Positions 17,885-27,925 of a stretch of 64,000 nt of DNA are shown here, piece after piece (within the stretch, counting starts at the first letter, position 1; the number at the start of each line of letters is the position of its first letter). The notes under the pieces are model-generated. The model ran no database searches and was not told where the DNA came from. It worked only from the letters and a program-made list of their open reading frames with translations. The DNA is taken from the NCBI GenBank assembly GCA_038198935.1, contig JBBPZQ010000103.1, positions 25,649 through 89,648 of the forward strand. The letters are read 5' to 3'. The stretch comes from Anaerolineae bacterium. GTDB taxonomy: Bacteria; Chloroflexota; Anaerolineae; JACRMK01. A program made the position numbers and the translations under genes.

Positions 17885-20275
17885 ATGAAAGAAAACGTCA
17901 TCAAGGTTGACGGACTGCTGACCGCAGGCTGTGCGCGCAACGTCGAGAACGCGCTGCTGAAAATTCCTGGCGTGCACCATGTGTCCGCCAACTACCTCAA
18001 TAGCACGGCGACCGTGCATTACGACGAGTCGCAAGTCTCGCTGCCCACATTGCAGTCTGCCGTGAAAGATTGCGGTTATGTCTGCGCGGGCGAGAGCCGC
18101 CCCGAGCACATGCAGCACGCTGCGCACGAGGCTCACTCGATGCACGCGCAAACTGAACACGCGATGCACACTGCGCCGTCCGCCGTCAGTCGTCCACCGT
18201 CCACCGCCCAAGACCACAGCGCACATGCGGCGATGAGCGCAATGGAAGATCACAGCGCGCACGGCGGCAGACCCGGCATGAGCGCCGCCGACATGGAACG
18301 CGACATGCGCAATCGCTTCCTTATCTCGCTCGTACTGACCGTGCCCGTGTTCCTGTTCTCGCATCTCGCGCGGCAGATTCTCGGCATCATGCTGCCGATG
18401 CCGTTCGGCATGGACGACAAGTTGTTCGGCTTTGTCCTGACCACGCCCGTCGTACTCTACGGCGGCTGGCCGTTTTTTGTCGGCGCGCGCAACGGCTTGC
18501 GGCAGGGCGTACTGAACATGAGCGTGCTCGTCACGCTCAGTGTGCTCACGGGTTATATCTTTTCGGTCGCCGCCACGTTCCTGTTCAACGGCGAAGTGTT
18601 CTACGAAGCGGCGGCGATGCTCGTCACGTTCGTGCTGTTCGGGCATTGGATGGAGATGCGCGCGCGTCGCACGACGGGTCAGGCGATTGAGAAGTTGCTG
18701 CAACTCGCGCCGCCGCACGCGACGGTCATTCGCGACGGCAACGAGATGGAAGTGCCGACGGAGCAGATCGTCGTCGGCGATGTGTTGCTCGTGCGGCCGG
18801 GTGAGAAGGTCGCGGTGGATGGCGCCGTCATTGAAGGCGAATCGTCGGTTGACGAAAGCATGATTACCGGCGAGAGCCTGCCCGTGCACAAGCAGAATGG
18901 CGATGCGGTTATCGGCGCGAGCCTCAACAAAACCGGTGCGTTCAAGTTTCGCGCAACCAAAGTCGGCACGGACACGACGCTCGCGCAAATCGTCAAACTC
19001 GTGCAAGCCGCGCAAAACTCCAAAGCGCCAGCGCAGCGATTGGCAGACCGCGCCGCGCATTATCTGGTGCTGGTCGCCGTCATCGCCGGCGTGAGCACGT
19101 TCCTGCTGTGGTATTTCGTGCTCGCGCCGCGCTTCATGCCGCCCGACGCCGACCGACTGGTGTTCGCGCTGACGTTCGCCATCACCGTCGTGGTCATCAC
19201 GTGCCCTGATGCACTCGGTCTCGCCACGCCGACCGCCATCATGGTTGGCACTGGACTGGGCGCGCGGCACGGAATTCTCTTCAAAGATGCCGCCGCGCTC
19301 GAAGGCGCCGCCAAGATTAACGCGGTCATCTTCGATAAGACCGGCACGTTGACCAAAGGCGAACCCGAAGTCGTGGATGTTGCCGTGCGTGATGGTATCA
19401 CGCAGGATGAACTGCTCGCGCTTGTCGCGTCTGCCGAGCAAAGCAGCGAGCATCCGCTGGCGCACGCCATCGTCAAAGCCGCTCACGCAAAAGGACTTGC
19501 GCTCTCAGACGTGCATCAGTTCGAGGCGGTGCCGGGACTCGGCTTGCAAGCGCACGTCGCCGAGCACGCGCTCTTGATTGGCAATCGCAAACTGCTCGAC
19601 GACCATCGCATCTCGCTCGACGGACTTGGTTCGCGGGCGGACGAGTTGGCGAGCGGCGGACGCACGGTCATTCACATTGCGCTGGATGGACGCGCGGCGG
19701 GACTCATCGCCGTCGCCGACGCGCCACGCGAGTCCGCCAAGCAAGCCATCGCGCAACTGAGCGCGCTCGGCATCGAGTCGGTGATGCTGACAGGCGACAA
19801 CCACGCGACGGCCGAACGCATCGCGCGCGACCTCGGCATCACGACCGTGTTTGCGGAAGTGTTGCCTGGCCAGAAGGCGGATAAGGTGAAGGAGATTCAG
19901 TCGCGCGGAAAGCATGTGGCGATGGTCGGCGACGGCATTAACGATGCGCCCGCGCTCGCGCAAGCCGACGTGGGCATCGCCATTGGTGCGGGCACCGACG
20001 TGGCGGTCGAGACCGCCGACGTGGTTTTGATGCGCTCCGACCCGCTCGACGTGGCGCGCGCGGTGCGGCTCGGACGCGAGACGGTGCGGAAGATGAAGCA
20101 GAACTTGGCGTGGGCAGTCGGCTACAACAGCGTGGCGATTCCGATTGCGGCAGGCTTGCTCTATCCGGCGTTCCACATTTACTTGCAGCCTGCGATTAGC
20201 GCGCTCTCGATGTCCGGCTCTTCGATTCTCGTCGCCGTCAACGCCGTGCTGCTCAAGAACGCGCGCATTGATTGA
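17885..20275 (+). CDS. heavy metal-translocating P-type ATPase (P1B type)
   Basis: [19 protein letters not shown] motifs; HMA-like N-terminal domain with a single Cys; His-rich stretch; membrane CPD (not CPC) motif; AAGGAG RBS before ATGAAAGAA. Confidence 0.9.
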   Translation: MKENVIKVDGLLTAGCARNVENALLKIPGVHHVSANYLNSTATVHYDESQVSLPTLQSAVKDCGYVCAGESRPEHMQHAAHEAHSMHAQTEHAMHTAPSAVSRPPSTAQDHSAHAAMSAMEDHSAHGGRPGMSAADMERDMRNRFLISLVLTVPVFLFSHLARQILGIMLPMPFGMDDKLFGFVLTTPVVLYGGWPFFVGARNGLRQGVLNMSVLVTLSVLTGYIFSVAATFLFNGEVFYEAAAMLVTFVLFGHWMEMRARRTTGQAIEKLLQLAPPHATVIRDGNEMEVPTEQIVVGDVLLVRPGEKVAVDGAVIEGESSVDESMITGESLPVHKQNGDAVIGASLNKTGAFKFRATKVGTDTTLAQIVKLVQAAQNSKAPAQRLADRAAHYLVLVAVIAGVSTFLLWYFVLAPRFMPPDADRLVFALTFAITVVVITCPDALGLATPTAIMVGTGLGARHGILFKDAAALEGAAKINAVIFDKTGTLTKGEPEVVDVAVRDGITQDELLALVASAEQSSEHPLAHAIVKAAHAKGLALSDVHQFEAVPGLGLQAHVAEHALLIGNRKLLDDHRISLDGLGSRADELASGGRTVIHIALDGRAAGLIAVADAPRESAKQAIAQLSALGIESVMLTGDNHATAERIARDLGITTVFAEVLPGQKADKVKEIQSRGKHVAMVGDGINDAPALAQADVGIAIGAGTDVAVETADVVLMRSDPLDVARAVRLGRETVRKMKQNLAWAVGYNSVAIPIAAGLLYPAFHIYLQPAISALSMSGSSILVAVNAVLLKNARID

Positions 20276-20294
20276 GAGCGGTCGTGCGAAAAGC

Positions 20295-20331
20295 AAATCG
20301 GGCCACCTGACGGTGGCCCGATTTCTTTTTG
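20295..20331 (+). terminator. Rho-independent terminator after the P-type ATPase
   Basis: AAATCGGGCCACC-TGA-CGGTGGCCCGATTT hairpin followed by CTTTTTG. Confidence 0.8.
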
Positions 20332-20353
20332 TAAATGTTGAAGACTTGTAAGG

Positions 20354-21151
20354 CTACTGTACCCAGATGACGAACGTGACGACTTTTTCGCCGCCGCCGA
20401 AATCGCGTACGAAAGTCGCCTCGCGTGCACTGTTGCTGACGAGGGTGCCCCACTCACTGCGCTCGCTGACGTCAACGTTGGATGCGCCGCCTTTCATACT
20501 GAAGGCAGGCATGCCACTCAATGTGCTGAACGAGTCGAGGTGTGTGTAGATTGTCACCAACTCGTTGTAGTCGTGCGTATTGGGGTGCGTGCTCGTGGTG
20601 TCCGAATTACTCGTATTGTGATAGTAATCCATGCACGTGTTCTGTGACGACCCATCGGTGCTTTGATGATCGAGACCGAATGTGTGACCGATCTCCTGGC
20701 AGATCACGTGCTGCATCTCCTGCGTGTTATTGTATTGGTACGACGAGCTACCGAAGTAGTAGTCGTTGTTCTTCACCACACCCTGCGTGATGTGCTCGCC
20801 GCCCGTGATCCAGATTTGCGCCAAACCGAGCCAGCCGGTGTTGCCGTAGTCGGCGCTGCAGACCTCGTCTTGCCCGCTAGTTGGACGGCAACCCTTGGGT
20901 CGGGTCCCACCCGGGACGATCGTCGTATTGAGCACCGTGGAAGCTGTCCAATCGGATGATGCGGTGATAAGCATTCCATCCCACAGTCCTGAGACGTTAT
21001 CGCCGAGTTTGAGCGTAAACGGGTTGGCCGTGCGCGCCCAGTGGTATCCGCCCCACGAATTGGTTGCGCTGGCGTTCGATGGAAACGCAAACACGCCGAC
21101 GACTGCGATCACGACGACGGCATACAGAATTGAACGCATGTTGAACTTCAT
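20354..21151 (-). CDS. secreted metzincin-type zinc metalloprotease
   Basis: Start MKFNMRSILYAVVVIAVVGVFA (signal peptide) with AGGAGAG RBS; HEIGHTFGLDH = HExxHxxGxxH zinc motif. Confidence 0.7.
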   Translation of the reverse strand: MKFNMRSILYAVVVIAVVGVFAFPSNASATNSWGGYHWARTANPFTLKLGDNVSGLWDGMLITASSDWTASTVLNTTIVPGGTRPKGCRPTSGQDEVCSADYGNTGWLGLAQIWITGGEHITQGVVKNNDYYFGSSSYQYNNTQEMQHVICQEIGHTFGLDHQSTDGSSQNTCMDYYHNTSNSDTTSTHPNTHDYNELVTIYTHLDSFSTLSGMPAFSMKGGASNVDVSERSEWGTLVSNSAREATFVRDFGGGEKVVTFVIWVQ

Positions 21152-21256
21152 AGGTAGCACTCTCCTCTTGAGTAGTTGACCTGCAACGATCCTGACTGCG
21201 TGCTGAAAGTGGCGTGAGGTTATTTCGGCGCACCTCCTTTCGATTGTCGCCATCAA

Positions 21257-21361
21257 ACAAAAAGCGATGACCCGCGCGCAAACGCAAGTCACCGCTTCGT
21301 TCTTAGGCTTCCATCGCCGACGTACATGCAAATATTCTACATAGTTCAAAGCGTATTGCAA
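21257..21361 (-). promoter_or_regulatory. leader of the metalloprotease gene: promoter (TTGCAA-N16-TAGAAT), conserved box CATGTACGTCGGC, intrinsic terminator-like hairpin + U-run
   Basis: On the minus strand: -35 at 21356..21361, -10 at 21334..21339, box at 21316..21328, hairpin at 21264..21295 followed by TTTTTGT. Confidence 0.5.
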
Positions 21362-21432
21362 ATTTTCCGTTTAGGACTTGTGTACTATTGGACAATACAA
21401 AGCGGGCAACTCGTGAATTGCCCGCTCTTGTC

Positions 21433-23061
21433 CTATATACAACTGCTGAATTTGAACGAAACGATCCACGTGCTCCAGTTGAACGTGCCACTCGACTTTA
21501 GATACTCCGACGTGAACCAGAACGTGCAGTCGTCAACCGGATCAACGGTCATCGCGCTGTAGTCGCCCCAGCGGCTCAGGTTCGGCAGCTGTGAGCCGCC
21601 GCCCGGCTTTACGATCGTTTCTGCACCCATCGTGTTGAGCGCATCAGTCGCCGCGCGCCCCGTGTAGCGCAGTGACGGCAATACGCTGCTGGACGACGCG
21701 CTGTAGCCAAGTGCGATGTCGCCATTCTTGTCCATCGCGATACTGCCCATCCAGCGCGAGGTCGAATCGGGTGAGTACGTCCCTTGCTGATACACGACGG
21801 GCGTACCATTTGCCATCGTGTTGCCCGACGGATTGCGCAGTTCATACCAGCGCACACCCGTGACACTGCTGTGCTTGTTGCCGGAAATGGCAACAGAGTG
21901 ATTGACGACCAGCGATTCAACGCCGGCGCGATTGCGATAGGCGAGGCGATACATCAAGCGGTCGGCGAGCGAATCCAACTGCTGGCGCGTGTTGGGCTGC
22001 GGGATGCAGTTGCCGCCGCCACTGCACGCCGTATTGAACGCGGCGACGGGAATATTGGTGGGACCCGTGAGCGTGCTGTTCGCGCTGTTCGTCCAGTCCA
22101 CGTGGAACTTCCACAGGTTCAGCGAGTTGTTGGCGAAATTCATGAAGAAGTTCGGCGACCCGGTGGGCGGCGCCGTCGAGCCATCGAGATCGGACGGCAG
22201 CAGTCCGCCGTAAGCAGTGCTCAATTGGTAGCACTGCTGATTTGCCGAAGCGCCCGCGAGCATCGCGGTGCGATCAAACGCGCACACCTTCGAACCGGCG
22301 AATGTCTGCCCGTTGTTGAAGATGTTGTAAGAAATGTAGTAGCCGTCGGGCCACACGCCGAGCTTGGGATAGTCGTTGAACTGCGAGCCGTAGCTGAACG
22401 AGTAGCGGTTGTACGTGCCTGTTGCGTCGGAAGTCGTCGAAACAGCAACGCACTGCAAGTAGGGCAGTGTGGACACCGAGAACTGTGTCATGATCCAGCG
22501 CCCGGCAGCCTTGTCATATTGCACAATCGGGTCGCCGTCGTTGTTCGTCTCGCACGCGCCGCCAAAACCAGCCCACAGCGCATTGCCTGCCTTGGGGTAT
22601 CCAGCCAGTATCGCGCCCGTTGTCTTGTCGTAGACCGCAAACGCTGTGTTGACCCACTGCACGTACTGTGTCGCTCCGACTGCGCCGTTGGTGTCTGGCG
22701 GCGCGCAGTTGCAGGGATTGGAGGGCGTGTTACTCGTGTCGCCAATGCCGTCGAAGCTCAAAGCACCAGCCACGTTCACGACGGGCCCCGCTTGCGATTG
22801 CACCACCGGGTCATTCTCCGCATTCGACGCGCCATGCACGCCGAGAATGCGCAGCGGGCGTTCGGTTAAATTCCGCGCGCTCGGCGATGACGGCTGATTG
22901 CCGATTGGCCCCGACACATCGTGATGCACATTGGCGCTCACTTCGACTTGCGGCGCTTGCTCGTTCGGCTGCGCCAGCACGCTCTGTGCTGTCGAAGCGA
23001 TCACGACGAGCACGAGCGCCAATGCGAAAACTGCAAACCACTTCATGTTCTTGTAAGACAT
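21433..23061 (-). CDS. secreted hypothetical protein (Cys-containing, Asn/Thr/Ser-rich)
   Basis: 542 aa; signal peptide MKWFAVFALALVLVVIASTAQSVLA; AGGAGAG RBS; no recognisable family. Confidence 0.6.
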   Translation of the reverse strand: MSYKNMKWFAVFALALVLVVIASTAQSVLAQPNEQAPQVEVSANVHHDVSGPIGNQPSSPSARNLTERPLRILGVHGASNAENDPVVQSQAGPVVNVAGALSFDGIGDTSNTPSNPCNCAPPDTNGAVGATQYVQWVNTAFAVYDKTTGAILAGYPKAGNALWAGFGGACETNNDGDPIVQYDKAAGRWIMTQFSVSTLPYLQCVAVSTTSDATGTYNRYSFSYGSQFNDYPKLGVWPDGYYISYNIFNNGQTFAGSKVCAFDRTAMLAGASANQQCYQLSTAYGGLLPSDLDGSTAPPTGSPNFFMNFANNSLNLWKFHVDWTNSANSTLTGPTNIPVAAFNTACSGGGNCIPQPNTRQQLDSLADRLMYRLAYRNRAGVESLVVNHSVAISGNKHSSVTGVRWYELRNPSGNTMANGTPVVYQQGTYSPDSTSRWMGSIAMDKNGDIALGYSASSSSVLPSLRYTGRAATDALNTMGAETIVKPGGGSQLPNLSRWGDYSAMTVDPVDDCTFWFTSEYLKSSGTFNWSTWIVSFKFSSCI

Positions 23062-23206
23062 TCAACTCTCTCCTCTTGAACTGTCGGCAGTCATTCACCG
23101 CCGAAACTTACGTTGCCTTTGAACTCGCAACGCGCATGGGACAGCACGACGGGTGGTTCGTCGAAATACAATCAATTGGGAGTGGCGCCTCCTTACACTG
23201 GCGAGC

Positions 23207-23322
23207 AAATAAAAAGCGATGACCTGCGCTTGTGCGCAAGTCATCGCTCGCTTGTTAGGCTGACTTTGCCGACGTACATGAGATGTATTTTACAGGAGGT
23301 TAGCGCGCTATCCAAAAAGTGC
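23207..23322 (-). promoter_or_regulatory. leader of the secreted-protein gene: promoter (TTGGAT-N17-TAAAAT), conserved box CATGTACGTCGGC, strong hairpin + U-run
   Basis: -35 at 23310..23315, -10 at 23287..23292, box at 23268..23280, hairpin GCGATGACTTGCGC/GCGCAGGTCATCGC at 23216..23247 followed by TTTTTAT on the minus strand. Confidence 0.5.
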
Positions 23323-23499
23323 GATAGCATATATTGCCTATTGCCTACTGCTTATTTTCGGCTAACGTGTTCGCCTTGTACAAAGACGCGAAGCCGCACG
23401 TTTCTCAATCATTGTATCGTTGCGTACTTTGTGTTTGCTGTGAGCACGAATCAGTCACGGGCGACCACTACGGTCGCCCGTTGTTGCTCATCAATAAGA

Positions 23500-25737
23500 T
23501 TAGCTTCGCGGTCCGCGGTCGCCGCCGCCACGGAATGGCGGACGTCCGCCACGATCTCCGCCGCGGTCGCCACCACCACGATAGCCGCCACCGTCACGTC
23601 CACCGCCAGAGCGCCCGCCACTGCTCGGCTTGCGGTCGGCATCACGCGCTTGCTCCGCCGTCCAGCCCGCCAGTACTGCCTGGCGCGACAAACGCACCTT
23701 GCCGGCCGGATCAATGTCAATCACCATCACCGTCAACTCGTCGCCGAGCTTCACGATGTCCTCGACGCGGTTCACGCGATAGTCGGCTAACTGCGAGATG
23801 TGTACCATGCCGTCCAGCCCGGGCAGAATCTCCACGAACGCGCCAAAGTCGGCGACGCGCGTGACCTTGCCCGTGTAAATGTCGCCGATCTTCGCGTCTT
23901 CGGTCATGGCGCGAATCTTCGCCTCGGCGGCCGCAGCACCCGCGCCGTCGGGCGACGAGATGAACACCGAGCCGTCGTCCTCCACGTCAATCTTCACCTT
24001 GAACTCTTCGATCATCGCGCGAATCGTCTTGCCGCCAGGCCCGATGACCTTGCCGATCTTCTCCGGATCAATCTTGACGACGGTCACGCGCGGCGCGTAC
24101 TGACTCATCTCTGCGCGCGGCTGGTTGATCGCCGCCAGCATCTTGTCCATGATGAACATGCGGCCCTCGCGCGCCTGCGCCAATGCTTGCGTCATGATGT
24201 CGGCACGCAATCCTTTGATCTTCATGTCCATCTGCAACGCGGTGATGCCCTTCGCGGTGCCCGCGACCTTGAAGTCCATATCGCCGAGCGCGTCTTCCAT
24301 GCCCTGAATGTCGGACAGCACGGCGTACTTGCCGTCGTCGCGCGTGACGAGTCCCATGGCGATGCCAGCGACAGGCGCTTTGATCTTCACGCCCGCGTCC
24401 ATGAGCGCCAGCGTGCTCGAGCACACCGACCCCATCGAGGTCGAGCCGTTCGACGAGAGCACTTCGGACACGACGCGCACGGTGTACGGAAAGTCTTGCT
24501 CGTCAGGAATCACATTGCGCAGTGCAGTCTCCGCCAGCGCGCCGTGGCCGATCTCGCGGCGGCGCGGTCCCCGCATCGGATACGCTTCGCCCGTGCTGAA
24601 CGGCGGGAAGTTGTAATGATGGATGTAGCGTTTCGATTCTTCGGGGCGCAGTCCGTCCAAGGATTGCTCTTCGCCCACGGTGCCGAGTGTGGCGATGGAC
24701 AGCACTTGCGTCTGGCCGCGCGTGAACAAGCCCGAACCGTGCGCACGCGGCGAGAGGCCGACCTCAGAGCTGATGGGGCGAATCTCTGTCAGGCCGCGTC
24801 CATCAGGGCGAATGCCCTTGTCGAGGATCGCATTACGGACTTCGGTCTTCATCGCCGCGTCGAAACCCGCTTTGACTTCGGCCGGGTCCAGATCGGACAG
24901 CGACGCTTTCAGGTTGTCTTCAATGGTGTCGAGCGCGGACTCGCGCGCTTCTTTCGAGAGCGATTGCGAGAGCACATCGGTGATGCGCGTGCCGAGTTTC
25001 GCGACGACGGCGTCATGCGCGTCGCTCTTCGCGGCGGCGGGGTAGCTCATCTTCGGCTTGCCCATCTCTTTGGCCATCTGGTTCTGCAACACGATGACAT
25101 TTTGGATCGCCTGGTGTCCGCTGTTGAGCGCATTCAGCATCACATCTTCGGGCACTTCGTTCGCGCCCGCTTCGACCATCAGGATCGCTTCGCTCGTGCC
25201 CGCCAAACGCAGGTCGAGTTGCGACTTTTCCATCTGGTCGGCGGTCGGGTTCATCACAAAAGCGCCGTCAATCATGCCGACGCGCACCGCGCCGATGGGG
25301 CCATAGAACGGGATACTGCTGATCATCAATGCGGCGGACGCGCCGATAATGGCGGGGATGTCGAGATAGTTTTGTACGTCGTAAGAGATGGTCGTGGCGA
25401 CGACTTGCACGTCGTTGCGGAAATCTTTGGGGAAGAGGGGCCGCAGCGGGCGGTCTATCAGACGGGCGACCAGGATCGCGGCTTCGCTCGGTCGGCCCTC
25501 GCGGCGGAAGAATGAGCCGGGGATGCGGCCTGCCGCGTAGAGCCTCTCTTCAAATTCGACCGACAGCGGGAAGAAATCAATGTCGGGACGCGCGCTTTTG
25601 CTGGCAGTGGCTGTGACGAGCACGACCGTGTCGCCGATGCGCACCGTCACCGCGCCGCCGGCCAGCTGTGCCAGCTTGCCCGTCGAGATAACAACGTCTT
25701 GTTCGCCAAGTTTGGCGGTATAAACTTTTTCGTCCAT
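23500..25737 (-). CDS. pnp: polyribonucleotide nucleotidyltransferase (PNPase) with Arg/Gly-rich C-terminal tail
   Basis: 745 aa; two RNase PH domains, KH and S1 domains, plus about 50 aa of RGG-type tail. Confidence 0.95.
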   Translation of the reverse strand: MDEKVYTAKLGEQDVVISTGKLAQLAGGAVTVRIGDTVVLVTATASKSARPDIDFFPLSVEFEERLYAAGRIPGSFFRREGRPSEAAILVARLIDRPLRPLFPKDFRNDVQVVATTISYDVQNYLDIPAIIGASAALMISSIPFYGPIGAVRVGMIDGAFVMNPTADQMEKSQLDLRLAGTSEAILMVEAGANEVPEDVMLNALNSGHQAIQNVIVLQNQMAKEMGKPKMSYPAAAKSDAHDAVVAKLGTRITDVLSQSLSKEARESALDTIEDNLKASLSDLDPAEVKAGFDAAMKTEVRNAILDKGIRPDGRGLTEIRPISSEVGLSPRAHGSGLFTRGQTQVLSIATLGTVGEEQSLDGLRPEESKRYIHHYNFPPFSTGEAYPMRGPRRREIGHGALAETALRNVIPDEQDFPYTVRVVSEVLSSNGSTSMGSVCSSTLALMDAGVKIKAPVAGIAMGLVTRDDGKYAVLSDIQGMEDALGDMDFKVAGTAKGITALQMDMKIKGLRADIMTQALAQAREGRMFIMDKMLAAINQPRAEMSQYAPRVTVVKIDPEKIGKVIGPGGKTIRAMIEEFKVKIDVEDDGSVFISSPDGAGAAAAEAKIRAMTEDAKIGDIYTGKVTRVADFGAFVEILPGLDGMVHISQLADYRVNRVEDIVKLGDELTVMVIDIDPAGKVRLSRQAVLAGWTAEQARDADRKPSSGGRSGGGRDGGGYRGGGDRGGDRGGRPPFRGGGDRGPRS

Positions 25738-25856
25738 GTGTGACTCCTGAGATAGTTGATTAGTTTGTTAGTTGGCTGATGCTTGAGTTGGCTAACCAAC
25801 GAACAAACCATCCAACCAACCAACGATTCTCCACAGAAGTCAGGGACTGGAAACTG

Positions 25857-25908
25857 GATCCAACCTTTGCTCTCTCCCTTGTGAAACGGGGGAGGGTGGG
25901 GGTTGGAT
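25857..25908. repeat. GC-rich palindromic element / stem-loop in the pnp 5' leader
   Basis: GATCCAACC-TTTG-CTCTCTCCC-ttgtgaaac-GGGGGAGGG-TGGG-GGTTGGAT. Confidence 0.55.
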
Positions 25909-25969
25909 GCACTCTCCAATTCCTGCCCTTCTGAGGATCAATTCATTGTGGGGTGAGCGCGCCTCCTTT

Positions 25970-26018
25970 GTCAAAACGACAAAACGAGCAGAGGAGTATG
26001 CCGCCTCTACTCGTTTTC
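25970..26018 (-). terminator. rpsO terminator / pnp leader hairpin
   Basis: AAAACGAG..CCTCTACTCGTTTT inverted repeat directly downstream of the rpsO stop, with T-runs on both sides. Confidence 0.55.
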
Positions 26019-26054
26019 AGTGTTCGGGATTGCAGTCGTGTCTGTCAAACCAGA

Positions 26055-26324
26055 TTACTTGCGCAAACCGAGCTTGGCGATGATCTCTTTGTAGCGGTTG
26101 GCGTCTTTCTTGCTCAGATATGTCAGATGCCGTCTGCGCTGCCCGACCAGTTTCAACAAGCCATGCCGTGAGCCATGATCGTGCTTATGTGACTTCAGGT
26201 GCTCGATCAACTGATTGATACGAGTCGTGAGCAGCGCGATCTGCACCTCTGGCGAACCGGTATCACTGGTGTGAATGTGGTATTGCTTGATAATATTTTC
26301 CTTGGCTTGACCTTTCAGAGCCAC
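26055..26324 (-). CDS. rpsO: 30S ribosomal protein S15
   Basis: 89 aa, canonical S15 sequence ([48 protein letters not shown]). Confidence 0.95.
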   Translation of the reverse strand: MALKGQAKENIIKQYHIHTSDTGSPEVQIALLTTRINQLIEHLKSHKHDHGSRHGLLKLVGQRRRHLTYLSKKDANRYKEIIAKLGLRK

Positions 26325-26403
26325 AAACTGCCTCCTTCTAGGATAGGAACAATCACCAAACCTTAAAATATTATAGCACAGCGGCCGATGAGCGACAAAC
26401 GAC

Positions 26404-26574
26404 GCGATTTGCGATTTGCCATTTCACTGTGGAGACATAACGCATAGAGCGCAGCGTGCCCGCCAACCGTATTCTGCTATTACGCCGATGAATCTTCCTC
26501 ATAGCCGACCCAATCGCAATTCGCAATGAGTTTTGCAATTCGCAATTCGCAACACGCTTGTTATAATCAATTTC
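26404..26574. repeat. short direct-repeat array (GCGATTT x2; GCAATTCGCAAT x3-4) in the rpsO-iscS divergent intergenic region, ending in TGTTATAAT
   Basis: cgcgatttgcgatttgcc at 26404..26421; caatcgcaattcgcaatgagttttgcaattcgcaattcgcaac at 26511..26553; extended -10 TGTTATAAT at 26559..26567, 7 nt before the iscS ATG. Confidence 0.5.
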
Positions 26575-27855
26575 ATGGCGACCCGACGTTTTATCTATCT
26601 CGATCACGCGGCGACAACGCCCGTACATCCCGACGTATTAGCCGCGATGACGCCATATTTTACGGAAGAATTCGGGAACCCCGGCGGCTTGTACTCGCTC
26701 AGTCAGCGCGCGAAGGATGCGGTCGAAACGGCGCGGCGCGACGTGGCTCGCGTGCTCGGCTGCTCGCCGTCGGAAATCATTTTTACCAGCGGTGGCTCGG
26801 AGAGCGACAACCTTGCGATTAGGGGCGTAGCGTTTGCGGCTCGGCCCATGTTCCGCCACGGTGCGCGTGTCCGTCGCGACAACCCAGCCATTCGCGGTGC
26901 AGCGTTTGAGGCAATTACTCGCTCCTCCGCGCAGAAAGGAAGGGCAGCGACGGGGGTTCGCGGTCATCTCATCACTTCGACCATCGAGCATCACGCCGTC
27001 GAGAGCACCTGCCATCAACTGCGCGATCATTTTGGCTTCGAGGTGACTGAGGTTGGCGTGGACGCTTATGGCCAGGTTGATCCTGACGACGTGCGGAAGT
27101 CAATCAGGCCAAACACCATCGCGATCTCGATCATGTATGCGAACAACGAGGTCGGCACCATTCAGCCGCTTGCGGAAATTGGCAGCATCGCGCGCGAGTA
27201 CGGCATTCCGTTCCATACCGACGCAGTGCAGGCAGCTGCGTACTTGCCCGTCAACGTCAACGCGCTTAATGTTGACTTGCTCTCGCTCGGCGCACATAAG
27301 TTTTATGGACCCAAAGGCGTCGGCGTGCTGTACGTGCGCAAAGGTACGCCGCTTATGCCGACGCAGACTGGCGGCGGACACGAGAGCAATCGGCGCGCGG
27401 GCACCGAGAACGTGCCGTACATCGTCGGCTTAGCGAAGGCGCTCGAACTGACGCAAGCCAATCGCGAGCAAAACGTCGCGCTGCTCAATCCACTGCGCAC
27501 ACGATTGATTGACGGCGTGACCAGCACGATCGAGCGCTCGCAGCTCACGGGTCACCCGACCGAGCGGTTGCCGCACAATGCGAGTTTCGTCATCGAAGGT
27601 GTCGAGGCGGGCCCCGTCTTGCTCGCGCTTGACATGGCTGGTATCGCCGCGTCGTCGGGCTCCGCCTGCACATCGGCGGCGATGGAGCCAAGCCACGTGC
27701 TCAAGGCGATAGGCGTGCCGCGCAAACACTCGCACGGCGCGCTGCGTATGACGCTTGGCCCAGAGAACAAGATGGACGAGATGGATGTGGTGTTGGAGAC
27801 GGTGGCGGATGTGGTGGCGCGGTTGCGGAAGATGACGACACGGAGTACAGGATAA
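26575..27855 (+). CDS. iscS: cysteine desulfurase (NifS/IscS family, class V aminotransferase)
   Basis: Start MATRRFIYLDHAATTP; PLP-lysine region SLGAHKFYGPKGVGVLY; active-site SSGSACTS. Carries an extra insertion of about 24-33 aa near residues 80-130. Confidence 0.9.
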   Translation: MATRRFIYLDHAATTPVHPDVLAAMTPYFTEEFGNPGGLYSLSQRAKDAVETARRDVARVLGCSPSEIIFTSGGSESDNLAIRGVAFAARPMFRHGARVRRDNPAIRGAAFEAITRSSAQKGRAATGVRGHLITSTIEHHAVESTCHQLRDHFGFEVTEVGVDAYGQVDPDDVRKSIRPNTIAISIMYANNEVGTIQPLAEIGSIAREYGIPFHTDAVQAAAYLPVNVNALNVDLLSLGAHKFYGPKGVGVLYVRKGTPLMPTQTGGGHESNRRAGTENVPYIVGLAKALELTQANREQNVALLNPLRTRLIDGVTSTIERSQLTGHPTERLPHNASFVIEGVEAGPVLLALDMAGIAASSGSACTSAAMEPSHVLKAIGVPRKHSHGALRMTLGPENKMDEMDVVLETVADVVARLRKMTTRSTG

Positions 27856-27925
27856 GTTCTGCTTGCTGCTCACGATGGCGGGGTGTATGCATAGTTGTAT
27901 TGACGTGAATCAGAAAGGTGGACAG

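Noticed and set aside
20354-21361. Long 335-aa version of the metalloprotease ORF
   Set aside because: Signal peptide and AGGAGAG RBS define the start at 21151; the upstream extension covers the duplicated leader element.
21784-22869. 361-aa ORF on the plus strand
   Set aside because: Antisense to the secreted protein gene, which has signal peptide and RBS; Arg/Ala-rich nonsense-like composition.
23800-25515. 571-aa ORF on the plus strand
   Set aside because: Lies entirely antisense to pnp, which has unmistakable PNPase motifs; typical spurious long antisense ORF of a high-GC genome.
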